Shown piece by piece: positions 9,890 through 20,671 of a DNA stretch of 41,329 nt. The stretch spans positions 1-41,329 of the forward strand of contig LSSH01000084.1 of NCBI GenBank assembly GCA_001595885.1, written 5' to 3'. Each line of letters starts with the position of its first letter. The first letter of the stretch is position 1. This stretch comes from Candidatus Proteinoplasmatales archaeon SG8-5. Lineage in GTDB: Archaea; Thermoplasmatota; Thermoplasmata; SG8-5. The notes beneath the pieces were generated by a model. It was not told the origin of the DNA. It saw only the letters and a program-made list of their open reading frames with translations, and searched no databases. The position numbers and the translations under genes were made by a program.

Positions 9890-11493
9890 ACGATAAGGTC
9901 AGGCCTTTGTTATTGTTTTCCATTGTCATCGTTCTCGTCTTAATCCCGAAATTCACATTCGCCGCAAATGACATCCATGATTCGTTCAGTTACTCGAACT
10001 CTGCTCTCGCGCAAACCGCGATTAACGAAGAGAACATCGAATTCTATCCTTATGAGAACGAAGTGAATACCATCAATCGACATGCGAACGGCTGGAGTAT
10101 TCGGTGGGTCGTCACATCGATGATATCTTCCATAAGCCTTGTCACAGGCCTAAGCCCCAGAGACCTTCAGTCATTGCCGATATGTACATTCGGCATACTG
10201 ATTCTGGCATATCTGGTGGCGATGAAGTTGACGAAGGACTGGCGGCTTTCAACGTTCTACATGGTTATCATTGCCTTCGACCCGACAGTGAACAGCCTGA
10301 CCAACAGCACTTACATACAGGGTTGGGGCTTTTTATTCTTCTACATGCTGATTTATTTGGCCATGATTATTGTGGAAAGGAAGTATTACCTTGCACTCTT
10401 CAAGGAAAGGGAGGATTACAGGCCCTTCGCGTTGTTTGGTTCATTGGCCGTTTGCAGCCTCGTCATGATGTATTTCTCATACTATTCAGCCTTGATCTAC
10501 GCAGTAATCCTGCTTGTGGTCGTTGCAGGCGGCAAGATGTTCATGGGACCGACCCGGCAAATCGACCGAAGGCACATAACCATCTTCATTGCGGCTTTGG
10601 CGGCGATATTTGTAGTATTATACTTTGTGGAAGAGACTGTCAGGTTTGCCATATCCAATTTCCAGGATTTTCTTGAGACTTCATACGATTATGTAATAAC
10701 CGCGATTTCCACCGCAGGACCGCGCTTCTATGTCGGCCTCGCCTCATATATTCTGATGGGAATCCCACTTGTCTTCTTAGGATACAAATGGTTGAGGGCC
10801 ATGCGAAGGAACAAGGCTTTCCCAACCCTGAATTGGAAAGACCTCTTCATTATCGGATTCATAATTACGGGAATACTAAATTTGGCGATTTACACCGGTC
10901 TCGGCCTGGTTGATTTAAAATATATCATCATGTTCTTCTCATTGGCAGCCCTTTACTCAATAGTGAGGCTCAAGCCCTCAGACATAAAAAATTTCAATCT
11001 CTCGAAGTTACGCAGCATTCCAAAGAAACAGGCATTCGCAGCGGTTCTCGCCTTTCTATTCTTATTCAAATTCATCACCTACATTGGCCCCATAATAGAT
11101 GACAATACAACTCAGGACTCTATAGGCCTGGATTGGATCTCATATATCGGCCTTGATGCGGACTCCGCAAGCATCTCCGATCTCAGGTTGAGCGGGGAGA
11201 TAATGCTCTATCATACCGAGCAGGGACATGAAGAATTTAATTCCTATGTGTATTCAGCTTATTACCTTACAAACCTGGAAAATATGAATGCGACAAATTA
11301 TTACGAGTTAAATGAGGAAATGGATTACATAATTCTAACAGGCGCTAATGAGGAAGGCACCTTCAATGTTGGGAATTGGGATAGCTGGTCGACGGATGCT
11401 GATGTAATGGCCATGTTGGGCAATTACACATTCATCCATAAGGTGTATATTTCAAACGACATTTCTGTTTGGAGAGTTATGGTAAATCTTTAG
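9886..11493 (+). CDS. Polytopic membrane protein, possibly GT-C-like or glycan polymerase
   Basis: Many hydrophobic segments plus a soluble C-terminal domain; ATGA overlap with the upstream GT; no diagnostic motif recognised. Confidence 0.6.
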   Translation: MNDKVRPLLLFSIVIVLVLIPKFTFAANDIHDSFSYSNSALAQTAINEENIEFYPYENEVNTINRHANGWSIRWVVTSMISSISLVTGLSPRDLQSLPICTFGILILAYLVAMKLTKDWRLSTFYMVIIAFDPTVNSLTNSTYIQGWGFLFFYMLIYLAMIIVERKYYLALFKEREDYRPFALFGSLAVCSLVMMYFSYYSALIYAVILLVVVAGGKMFMGPTRQIDRRHITIFIAALAAIFVVLYFVEETVRFAISNFQDFLETSYDYVITAISTAGPRFYVGLASYILMGIPLVFLGYKWLRAMRRNKAFPTLNWKDLFIIGFIITGILNLAIYTGLGLVDLKYIIMFFSLAALYSIVRLKPSDIKNFNLSKLRSIPKKQAFAAVLAFLFLFKFITYIGPIIDDNTTQDSIGLDWISYIGLDADSASISDLRLSGEIMLYHTEQGHEEFNSYVYSAYYLTNLENMNATNYYELNEEMDYIILTGANEEGTFNVGNWDSWSTDADVMAMLGNYTFIHKVYISNDISVWRVMVNL

Positions 11494-11504
11494 GATTAAT
11501 AAAC

Positions 11505-13775
11505 ATGTCAGGAATTACTAGAAAAAATATATATTTAATATTGGCGCTGGTCATAGCGGTAATCCTGATTATCGCCACTATGTCTATTAGTTATATTAAT
11601 TTTCAAAGAATCAAGTCTTTGCCACCCTCAGTTTCTCTTGTCAGGGTGAACGACGATATCAACATAACGATATTATCCGGAACAGTCGTTACATTAACCG
11701 CAATCATCGATGATACTACAAGGGGCGACTCAATAATCCAGGGTGCAAATTATTCCGTTGGATTACGGAACTGGCCCGCATCCCAGATGGAGCCCGTAGA
11801 CGGACTGTTCAACGAGACCATTGAAACGGTGACCGTTGACATTGATACCGGGGGATGGACTGACGGCACCTATCATTTGTACATATATGGCATTGATGAA
11901 TTGGGAAACGGTAACTTCACGCCCAACGAGCATGTGACATTGGTCGTCACCGATCCTCCTCACATATCCAATGTATCGATCAATGGTCAGAGCAATATTG
12001 TCGTGGCTCCGGGTTCGGAAATAATTGTCAATGCCACTCTCGATGATTCCCTAACCGGTGGCTCAACGATCAAGAGCGCTTTCATTACTATCGATGATGT
12101 CAAGATAACCATGGAACCAGAGGATGAGGATTTCGACTCATCCACAGAATGCGTTTCCGCATCGTTGAGCACTCAGGGGTGGTTAGAAGGCAGTCATGAG
12201 ATAGTAATAAACGCTTACGACGATTTGGGAAACGAGGAGACAACTACTCGACAATCAACTTTGTTGGCGATCTCGGACCCCCCGTTAATATCGGACATAC
12301 GACTGTCCAATCGAACCGTGATTTCCGTGGCACCCGGCGTCCCTGTGGAACTGACCGCAAGAATTGACGATACTGACACAGGAAACACTCCCATATATAA
12401 CGCATGGTTCACAATAGACAATTCCACGGTTACTTTTCTAGAACCGGTTGACGGTCAATTTGATAATTCTTCTGAGGAAGTTAGGGGAACCATCATGACA
12501 GAGGGATTGTCTGATGATGTTTACGATATTCAGATCTTCGCCTCAGATACCATTGGAGGTTCAGACGTAACGGCACAAGATAACACCCTCCTTACAATTG
12601 CCGCTCCACCAGAAATCAACAATGTTACAATAGACGGCTTCTCTGAAATCATTGTTGTACCAGGAGGATTGGTAGAGGTGAGGGCGATTGTTGACGATAC
12701 CGATACAGGGAATTCTACAGTCGACGCGGCCTACATCACTTATGGCAATGGGACCGTATATATTGTAGATATGTATCCTACTGACGGTTCATATGACTCG
12801 CCAAGAGAAGAGGTCTTCAGTATAATTGATACGAGCAGTTGGCCGAACGGCACTCATTTTATCCAAGTCCGGGCCAGAGACATAAAACAAAACATCAATG
12901 AGACCGGATGTCATGCGCGCTTGATAGTTACGGCCCCATTCAGGATGTTCGAATATGATTTGATATTACCGGAATATTCGAACAGGTCTTACACCTGGGA
13001 GACTTTGAACCCGGTAATAACCACAGATGTGGATTCAGATGGAGTCCCCAAGAACTTGTTCAATGGGGAACTACATTACCATCCTGTGGCCATAGCCCAA
13101 TATGCGCTGAGAATGCTTGATTCGTACATTTTATCTGGCAATGAGAGTTATTATAATATTTCGGTATCATGCTTACACAGATTGATCAACGAATCCCATT
13201 CTATTGATGGAGCTCTGTATGTGCCCTACACTTTTGATTTTGCCCTTCACGGGCATGCTGACCAAATGATGATCGCACCTTGGTACTCTGGAATGGCACA
13301 AGGCCAGTTTTTATCATTATTATCAAGAATTATTGACATAACGGGTGACGAATACTATTTGGATGTGGCTGAAAAGGTTTTTCGCAGTTTCTACAATCTT
13401 GAGGCACATCATACAACCTGGACAGTATATTCCAATTCACATGATTATTACTGGATAAGCGAATACCCAATGATTGATAAGACCCAGGTGCTCAACGGGT
13501 TCGTGTGGGCTACCTATGGGCTTCTGGATTATTATTTCTTGGTCAACAGCAGTCTATTTGTGAACCAGTTGTTGAGAGCAGCATTAACTTCAATCCAGGA
13601 CCATGTATTGCTATACCGGAGGGTTGGAAATCTTAGTATATATTGCCTTAAACATCAGGTCGTCAGTGTAACATATCACATGATTCACATTGAACAGCAG
13701 GAGACACTATTTCACTACACGAACGAGGCCTACTTCCACGATATGTCCGTGACCTTCTATAATGATTGGCATTGA
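11505..13775 (+). CDS. Membrane-anchored protein with four Ig-like repeats and a C-terminal D-glucuronyl C5-epimerase-like domain
   Basis: N-terminal TM helix; four ~110-aa repeats (PP...IDDTxTG...EPxDGxFD...DxxGN); C-terminal YHPVAIAQYAL, WYSGMAQGQ, EYP, VLNGF, YHxIHI motifs. Confidence 0.8.
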   Translation: MSGITRKNIYLILALVIAVILIIATMSISYINFQRIKSLPPSVSLVRVNDDINITILSGTVVTLTAIIDDTTRGDSIIQGANYSVGLRNWPASQMEPVDGLFNETIETVTVDIDTGGWTDGTYHLYIYGIDELGNGNFTPNEHVTLVVTDPPHISNVSINGQSNIVVAPGSEIIVNATLDDSLTGGSTIKSAFITIDDVKITMEPEDEDFDSSTECVSASLSTQGWLEGSHEIVINAYDDLGNEETTTRQSTLLAISDPPLISDIRLSNRTVISVAPGVPVELTARIDDTDTGNTPIYNAWFTIDNSTVTFLEPVDGQFDNSSEEVRGTIMTEGLSDDVYDIQIFASDTIGGSDVTAQDNTLLTIAAPPEINNVTIDGFSEIIVVPGGLVEVRAIVDDTDTGNSTVDAAYITYGNGTVYIVDMYPTDGSYDSPREEVFSIIDTSSWPNGTHFIQVRARDIKQNINETGCHARLIVTAPFRMFEYDLILPEYSNRSYTWETLNPVITTDVDSDGVPKNLFNGELHYHPVAIAQYALRMLDSYILSGNESYYNISVSCLHRLINESHSIDGALYVPYTFDFALHGHADQMMIAPWYSGMAQGQFLSLLSRIIDITGDEYYLDVAEKVFRSFYNLEAHHTTWTVYSNSHDYYWISEYPMIDKTQVLNGFVWATYGLLDYYFLVNSSLFVNQLLRAALTSIQDHVLLYRRVGNLSIYCLKHQVVSVTYHMIHIEQQETLFHYTNEAYFHDMSVTFYNDWH

Positions 13776-13844
13776 GCGCGTCGTCTGGCTCCCAGGCCGT
13801 ATCCTCGGCGCAACTGTTAAATAAATACGCCACTTGGCCCAAAT

Positions 13845-15119
13845 GTGCAAATAAAAAATGCCTTACGCAAATCGCTGTCGGTTTCAGGTATAAAGATAGA
13901 TTCGGATTTCGAGAAGAATCAATGGTTAAAGTCCGAAGAGCTCGTTCGGATCCAGAGAACGTTGGTTAGAAAATTGGTCGAGGAGGCGTGCGCGAACGTC
14001 CCGTTTTGGGGTCGTACATTCAGGGACCTGGGCCTTAGACCGTCCGACATCAAGTGTGTGTCGGATCTGGAGAAGCTGCCTGTGACTAGCAAGGCCATGA
14101 TGAGGGGCAAGGCTGAGTTTAGATCTAATATAATCAAGTCCATGCAACCGTTCATGCTCCATACAGGCGGATCCACGGGTCAGGTCTTCAGGTATTACAC
14201 CACAGGTCTAAGCCGTTCCGCTTTGGATGCTTGCAGGATCAGAGCGTGGCGGTGGGCTGGTTACAAGGACAAGGACCGGATTGCCACGTTCACAGGCGGT
14301 GGTCTGGGAAGCAGCAAAAGGAAGTTTGCCCTGGACTGCGTTGGAATGAACGAGGATACAATGGATGAGTACATACAACTGATCAAGAAATATAAAATCG
14401 ATATCCTCAGGGGCATCCCAAGCGGGCTCATGACCTTTGCGAGGCATGTTGAGAAGAGGGGCATAGACCTGAGGAAAAAGTGTGTCCTTACAACGTCGGA
14501 GACCCTTTTGCCCGAACACAGAAAATTCATCGGAGAAGTTCTGGGTGAGGTTTTCGACGGTTACGGTGCCAATGATGGGGGAAGCAGTGCATTCGAATGT
14601 TCTGAGCACAACGGCTGGCACATATCGGTTGACAAGAGCGTCTTTGAGGTCCTGGACCGGAACTGTGAGCATGCGGCCCCAGGGGAAGAAGGAATATTGA
14701 CCGTGACGTGCCTGTACAATTATGGAATGCCATGGATACGTTACATGTCAAATGACCTGGCTGTATTGACCGATGAGAAATGCGCATGCGGAAGGGGTCT
14801 GCCGCTGATGTCCAAGATCAAGGGCAGGACCACCGACCTCATAGTGACCAGGAACACAACGATGAACGGGACGGAGCTGGCCAATCATGTGATCGGTATG
14901 AAGTTGCCCATAAAGGCATTCCAGTTCATTCAGACTGCCACCGAACGCGTGACCATGAGGGTGGCACGTGAACCCGGCTGGGCGGATTCTGATGAGGGAA
15001 AACTCATCAATATGCTCCATCAATATGATCCTGACCTGGATATTCGCTTCGAATATCCGGATGATATTCCCACGACACCTGCGGGAAAAAGCGAATACGT
15101 CGTGAATATGATGGATTGA
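13845..15119 (+). CDS. Phenylacetate-CoA ligase family protein (CapK-like)
   Basis: LEKLPVTSK, TGGSTG, YGANDG, MPWIRY, CACGRGLP, GRTTD, GK motifs. Confidence 0.85.
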   Translation: MQIKNALRKSLSVSGIKIDSDFEKNQWLKSEELVRIQRTLVRKLVEEACANVPFWGRTFRDLGLRPSDIKCVSDLEKLPVTSKAMMRGKAEFRSNIIKSMQPFMLHTGGSTGQVFRYYTTGLSRSALDACRIRAWRWAGYKDKDRIATFTGGGLGSSKRKFALDCVGMNEDTMDEYIQLIKKYKIDILRGIPSGLMTFARHVEKRGIDLRKKCVLTTSETLLPEHRKFIGEVLGEVFDGYGANDGGSSAFECSEHNGWHISVDKSVFEVLDRNCEHAAPGEEGILTVTCLYNYGMPWIRYMSNDLAVLTDEKCACGRGLPLMSKIKGRTTDLIVTRNTTMNGTELANHVIGMKLPIKAFQFIQTATERVTMRVAREPGWADSDEGKLINMLHQYDPDLDIRFEYPDDIPTTPAGKSEYVVNMMD

Positions 15120-15190
15120 TATCGTAGAAGTTTTAATATTGGACAAATAAGTTATACAATGTAGTTATTTATCCGCACTGTGGAATTTGG

Positions 15191-16354
15191 ATGAAGCGTG
15201 TTCTGGTTGTTTTGAAATCCTCATACAAGAAATATCAGACAGACTCACGAGTCCAACGTCAGGTTCGAACCCTTTGTGACCGTGGTTTTACCGTGACCGT
15301 ATTGCTGGTTGATAATCCAAGAAATATGCCGAAGCCAGGCACTCTTCCATATGAAACTGTATGCGTTGACCTTCCGGGATTCTGGAGTTCAAAAGGTGCA
15401 TCGCGCATTAAGCAAATGTGGCTCCAAGTACGATATTTCCTAAAGGCAAAAAAGTGCATAAAGTCTCTGAATCCCGATGTCCTGATAATGAATGACGTGA
15501 ACACGCTCGTATTCTCAAGATCCAAGGCTGGTTTGAAGATCTACGACTCCCATGAGCTGTGGTACGACCTTGTTGAGTATCATGGGTATGTTCGAGGGCG
15601 TTTTGGGAGGTGGCTTTTCAAATCAATAGAAAAGCGTTACTCCAAGGATGTGGACGCATTCATCACCGTGAACGATTCCATGGCCGAGTTTTTGGGAAAG
15701 CGCCTTGGTAAGAGGTTCCACGTGATACGAAATGTGCCTTTAATCGAAGAATCGGACCGGATCGACATACGGAAGTCCAATGGATTGCCGAACACCACAT
15801 TTATTATCGTCCATTCAGGGTCGATCAGCGAGAACAGGGGACTGAATGAACTTGGCCAATTGATCACGAGATTGTACAAAGAAGAGGTTCGCAATGTGTC
15901 ATTTGTGTTATATGGTATAGATAAAGGTACAATGAAAAGACTTAGGATGATGTGCACCAAGGATGCATTAAAACAACATAGGTTTCATGGTCCGTTATCT
16001 CAAAAAGAATTATATTCTACGCTGAAAACAGCAGACCTCGGCATCTTATTAACGAAAAATACAAATCTGAACAACTACCATTCGCTGCCGAACAAGCTCT
16101 TCGAATACTTAATGAACGGATTGCCTGTCATTTGCTCTGATTTCCCTGAGATGCGAACACTCATCGAAAAATATGACGTTGGATGGTTGGTAAATCCTGA
16201 AAATACGGAAGACGTCAACGCTGCTATAACCCAGGCACATACCGATAGTTCAATGTTACGTAAATACAAAGAGAATACTACTCGTCTAACAGGAGATATT
16301 TCTTTTAAACAGGAAATGGGAATTCTCGTTGAGTTGATCGAGGCCTCTCATTAG
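15191..16354 (+). CDS. GT4 glycosyltransferase
   Basis: DSRV, YDSHE, RGL, PNKLFEYLMNGLPVICSDFP. Confidence 0.88.
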   Translation: MKRVLVVLKSSYKKYQTDSRVQRQVRTLCDRGFTVTVLLVDNPRNMPKPGTLPYETVCVDLPGFWSSKGASRIKQMWLQVRYFLKAKKCIKSLNPDVLIMNDVNTLVFSRSKAGLKIYDSHELWYDLVEYHGYVRGRFGRWLFKSIEKRYSKDVDAFITVNDSMAEFLGKRLGKRFHVIRNVPLIEESDRIDIRKSNGLPNTTFIIVHSGSISENRGLNELGQLITRLYKEEVRNVSFVLYGIDKGTMKRLRMMCTKDALKQHRFHGPLSQKELYSTLKTADLGILLTKNTNLNNYHSLPNKLFEYLMNGLPVICSDFPEMRTLIEKYDVGWLVNPENTEDVNAAITQAHTDSSMLRKYKENTTRLTGDISFKQEMGILVELIEASH

Positions 16355-16365
16355 TCAGTACGACT

Positions 16366-17871
16366 TCATTCTACATCTTTCTTCACGACGACTCTGATTA
16401 TGGTTTGGATACTATCCTTAGTGAGGATGCCGGAAAAATAAAGCGCTGCCGCATATATCGGTATCAGGACCAAACCTACTATGTTCTCTGATATTCCTAT
16501 TAGAGTAATCGACAGATAAATTGAGATGATAAACAACACGAACAGGACTAGGCCTGTGAATAACATACGCATCTCCATTCTTCTTTTGAGGTATTTCGGT
16601 AAGTAGAGGAAAAAGAGGATGACCTCCACGATGAAGCTTAGGCCTATCGCTATAGCAGCACCATTCAACAGACCAAATTCAAACGAAAGCATGATTATGG
16701 ATACGGGGATGAGGACGATGCCCAAACCAATGTTCGTGATCGCCTTCATCACAGATATCTTTGAGGGGATGTCCGGCCTTCCGTGACTGGCAAAAATAAT
16801 TGTAATGGGAGTGAGCACACTGTATAAAAGCCCCAGTATCACTAGGATCCTCAAGGGAGTGATTGCCAATAGGAAATCCTCCTTTCCTGGGAAAAGTATC
16901 ATTATCAGATCGTCCACGAATATCAGGAGCAATAAAGTTAGTATGGACAGGAAGGTGAACGAGAACCTTAATATCGTGTTCACAAGCGATACTATTGTCG
17001 CCTTTTGTCGTTTGGCATAATAATATGAGATAACTGGGTAGGTTATCTTTTGTACTGCAGAAGGAGCCATCATTAAGAAGTTGAAGAACATCAATGCGAT
17101 GGCGTAGATGCCCACTGAGGAATCGGTCAGGTAGAATCCAATCAGCAGGGTGGCCGCCTGTGAGTTGATCAATGATACCACATTTGCTATGTGTAATTGA
17201 CCTCCGAAGTTCGTAATCTTCTTTGCATGATACTTGAAACGCTGAAACTTAAATCTGAATATTGACCTGTGGGTTATCAGACAGATAATCGTGACTATTG
17301 GCGGAGGAAGGGCAAGGGCGATGACAGCTCCTGTCAGGCCGTATCCCTCCGAGATGAATAACAGTGTCAGAGCCAATATCAAGCCATTTCTCAGGGCCTC
17401 GAAAGCGGTGTAATGCTTCATCAACCTCAGGCCGTTGAATAGGCTAATGTACACGTTATTGAACATTACAAATGGGAACGAAAATGCCACTATCCAGAGA
17501 TAATAACCGAGGTCTGGCATGTCGAATATCGTCTCTATGAAAGGAGCCAAAGCGATGGTGAGGATGGCTGTGATGATCCCGATAATGAAGCTCAGAACCA
17601 AGGCAGCGGTGGTTATTGAATCCCTGGTCTTTCTTCTATCCCTGAATTCGGCTATGAATTTCACTACCGCCACCGGAACACCTATGCTGGCGACCAACGT
17701 GATGATCAACATGAGTGAGAACACGATAGTGTAGGTTCCCAACCCGGCAGAATCAAAATAATTTCCCAGGATTATCTTAAGGAGAAATCCGACACTCATA
17801 ACAAGAACTGAACTGATAAAGGCCCAGCCAACATCGAACGTGAATTTTCTAGCTACTTTTACTGTTACCAT
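16366..17871 (-). CDS. Wzx/MOP-superfamily oligosaccharide flippase
   Basis: 501 aa, highly hydrophobic, G-T-Y and VGIYAIA motifs. Confidence 0.85.
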   Translation of the reverse strand: MVTVKVARKFTFDVGWAFISSVLVMSVGFLLKIILGNYFDSAGLGTYTIVFSLMLIITLVASIGVPVAVVKFIAEFRDRRKTRDSITTAALVLSFIIGIITAILTIALAPFIETIFDMPDLGYYLWIVAFSFPFVMFNNVYISLFNGLRLMKHYTAFEALRNGLILALTLLFISEGYGLTGAVIALALPPPIVTIICLITHRSIFRFKFQRFKYHAKKITNFGGQLHIANVVSLINSQAATLLIGFYLTDSSVGIYAIALMFFNFLMMAPSAVQKITYPVISYYYAKRQKATIVSLVNTILRFSFTFLSILTLLLLIFVDDLIMILFPGKEDFLLAITPLRILVILGLLYSVLTPITIIFASHGRPDIPSKISVMKAITNIGLGIVLIPVSIIMLSFEFGLLNGAAIAIGLSFIVEVILFFLYLPKYLKRRMEMRMLFTGLVLFVLFIISIYLSITLIGISENIVGLVLIPIYAAALYFSGILTKDSIQTIIRVVVKKDVE

Positions 17872-17984
17872 TCAGTCCCCTTTTGAATACAACACGGTTC
17901 CATTTACCTTTACAAACAGGTGTACAGACAGAATATTGATATAGTATAGATAATATTTGCAGAGATATATTCTGGAGGAGACTG

Positions 17985-18980
17985 ATGAGGATATTGCACA
18001 TCGGAAACCTGGCCTCTGTTGGCTACAACCTAACAAAGAGGCTCAGAGAACTTGGGTACGACGCCCATCTTTTTGACTGGAGCACGACCGAAATCATTGA
18101 CAGGGAGGATGCGGACTGGGTCATCCGCCCGAAAAGGCACTTCTTCGATGCAAGTGATTTCCTTGCATTGAGACTCGGCCGATTTGACCTTGTACACATG
18201 CATACGTTATTGAGCGATTACTGTGTCCTCCAATCGATAAAATTCCTGATGAGGGCTGGAACTCCGACTAAGTTCGCGCATGCACATTGCTCCATTAATA
18301 GCGGTTCAAAGGAAATGTCCCCAAGGTTGAAATCTTATATCATTCGTTACGGCGCCAAGGCAGTCTTCTTTTCAACACCCAACATCGGTCCCAACATCCG
18401 ACGCTTCCCCCAAAGGAAGGTTTTTCTACCTAACCCCGTCAACACCGAGATATTCAGACCTGGTGGGGAGATTGAGTATACCAACAGAGTACTTTGTTGG
18501 GTGAAGATGGACCACAACAAAGGTTATGATGTCATCCTCGAAGCAATTAACCACTGTCCCGAGATTGACTTTGATATTCCTAGAATCGGTACACTGAAAT
18601 TCGATAAGATAAAATTCCCACCCAATGTACGCTTAATACCCCCTATACCGCATGACAAGGTTCCCGCTCTGTTGAACAAATATCCGCTGATTCTCGAACA
18701 GTTCCTCGTGGGGGCAATGGGGCAGTCTGGTTTAGAGGCGATGGCCTGTGGCAAACCAGTAATTTGTAATTGGAACAAGGATAATGACATTGAATATTCT
18801 GAACCGTGTCCGGTGGTGTCAGCGAAAAAACCAGAGGATATTGCCCAGAAAATCCGAGAAACAATAGATAATCACGTACAAATAGGTACAAAATCCAGAG
18901 ATTGGGTCGTGAAACACCATTCAATGCAAGTGGCTGTCGATAAATTATTGAACGAATACCGACTTCATGTTGATTTATAA
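17985..18980 (+). CDS. GT4 glycosyltransferase
   Basis: MRILHIGN, PNPVN, KG, GLEAMACGKPVI. Confidence 0.85.
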   Translation: MRILHIGNLASVGYNLTKRLRELGYDAHLFDWSTTEIIDREDADWVIRPKRHFFDASDFLALRLGRFDLVHMHTLLSDYCVLQSIKFLMRAGTPTKFAHAHCSINSGSKEMSPRLKSYIIRYGAKAVFFSTPNIGPNIRRFPQRKVFLPNPVNTEIFRPGGEIEYTNRVLCWVKMDHNKGYDVILEAINHCPEIDFDIPRIGTLKFDKIKFPPNVRLIPPIPHDKVPALLNKYPLILEQFLVGAMGQSGLEAMACGKPVICNWNKDNDIEYSEPCPVVSAKKPEDIAQKIRETIDNHVQIGTKSRDWVVKHHSMQVAVDKLLNEYRLHVDL

Positions 18981-18994
18981 TCGTAAAATACGTA

Positions 18995-19891
18995 TTAAAT
19001 AACATTTACCCATATGTGTAGTTTATAATCGGTCATCGAACCGTTGATATCCAACGACCAATCAATTTGGTAAAGGCCCGGTTCTGTAAATCCGAAAACG
19101 AAGGTGTCTTCGAATGAATTCTCTGGGACAAGTGTGATATTTCGTATGAGGACTGTATCTGCCGATAAGGAATGCGTTGACGCCCAATTTTCCTCGTACT
19201 GCACCGTTGTGTGGTTTCCCACTGCGGTTGTTATCGTGTAAACTTTCTGCTCTTCTTCATGGCAGGTTATTCCTATGATAATCGCGGCCGTTTGATTTGC
19301 GGATATGTTCACGGGATAACCGCCATAAGTCCCGTCACTGTCTAGGATATAGAATTCGGTATATGCTGGTTCTATGGATGGCATCGCAAGCATATAAGCC
19401 ATGAAACATCCGGTCATAATTAACATAATCATTATCGACATGCTAAATAGTTTATCAGTTGAATCGGCTGAACGTGAAGCGATTTCTGAGATCATTAAGT
19501 TATATCGGTCGTCCATCGGTAGCGTTGATCTCCGATAACATGCAATCCCACTAAATATGAATATAATGAGTACAAGACCTACCAGTATATTGGTCAAGGT
19601 CAGGCCTGTTAAGTAACTGGTAACCAGCCCGTTAATTGCTACAATGACAATGCTTAGACCGATGCTTAAGGCAAGACGTTCCAGGGTGGAAAGACCTTTT
19701 TCAGGCCATAAACTGGATGTCAGTGTATACCCTGGTATCACCAGAAGCAAGGGAAGGCCGAAGGCGACCCTGAGGAGATTCCCTTCCTGTAGGAACAACG
19801 CTGTTAAAACACCCACAAGAGTGAATATTATGACCAATACAAGGTCAATTGGATATCTTTGAATTCCTGGAATATTCAGACTCGCAGTCAT
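18995..19891 (-). CDS. DUF1616 family membrane protein
   Basis: PGYTL..LWP, LERLALSIGLSI, YTEFYIL, YP motifs. Confidence 0.85.
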   Translation of the reverse strand: MTASLNIPGIQRYPIDLVLVIIFTLVGVLTALFLQEGNLLRVAFGLPLLLVIPGYTLTSSLWPEKGLSTLERLALSIGLSIVIVAINGLVTSYLTGLTLTNILVGLVLIIFIFSGIACYRRSTLPMDDRYNLMISEIASRSADSTDKLFSMSIMIMLIMTGCFMAYMLAMPSIEPAYTEFYILDSDGTYGGYPVNISANQTAAIIIGITCHEEEQKVYTITTAVGNHTTVQYEENWASTHSLSADTVLIRNITLVPENSFEDTFVFGFTEPGLYQIDWSLDINGSMTDYKLHIWVNVI

Positions 19892-19918
19892 CTACTTACA
19901 CCCAATTCTGAAGGAGAA

Positions 19919-20593
19919 TCAGTCTTTTTCCTCCTCTTTCAACTCACCTCTGTTCAGGAAGAACTTCTTCTCCACATGGCCCTCGACCACAGGGTCGTGC
20001 GAGGCTATGACGACGGTGGCTCCGAACTCCCTGTTGGCCTTCTTGAATGCGTCGATGACTATGTCACAGTTATCCAGGTCGAGCGAGGCGGTGGGCTCGT
20101 CCGCAAGCAATACCGATGGGTTGTTGGCCAGGGCCCGGGCGACCGCCACCCTCTGCCTCTCTCCTCCGCTGATCTCATCAGGATATTTTTCCGTGTAATC
20201 CTCGAGGTCGAAGGTGTGGAGGAGTTCTCTGACGCGCCAATCCCCGTCGTGCCACTTTGCGATCTTCATTGGGAGAAGAACGTTCTCGTAGACCGTCAGG
20301 TCACCTATGAGATTGTGGGCCTGGAAGACCGTGCCTATCTTGTGTAAGCGAATGTTGGCCAAATCCTTATCGGATAGACTTGCTGTGTCATACCCGTTCA
20401 GTTGGATCTCGCCCTGCGATGGAACGTCAATGCAGCCGATGAGGTTCAGGAGGGTCGTCTTTCCGCTGCCAGACCTGCCTTTAATGAGTATCATCTCCCT
20501 CGGAGCGATCTCCAGGTTTATGCCTTGAAGAACCTGCCTTTTCCCGTCATATGTCTTCCAGACATCCTTGACAACAATGTTCATCTGTTTCAT
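19919..20593 (-). CDS. ABC transporter ATP-binding protein (LolD/MacB-like)
   Basis: Walker A GRSGSGKT, signature ISGGERQR, Walker B LLADEPT. Confidence 0.92.
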   Translation of the reverse strand: MKQMNIVVKDVWKTYDGKRQVLQGINLEIAPREMILIKGRSGSGKTTLLNLIGCIDVPSQGEIQLNGYDTASLSDKDLANIRLHKIGTVFQAHNLIGDLTVYENVLLPMKIAKWHDGDWRVRELLHTFDLEDYTEKYPDEISGGERQRVAVARALANNPSVLLADEPTASLDLDNCDIVIDAFKKANREFGATVVIASHDPVVEGHVEKKFFLNRGELKEEEKD

Positions 20594-20671
20594 TCAATCC
20601 ACCGATATGGATTTAAGTCTTAAATAATATAGGCAGACTGGTTTAGGCAATGCCATATTAAAGAGTTTCGG

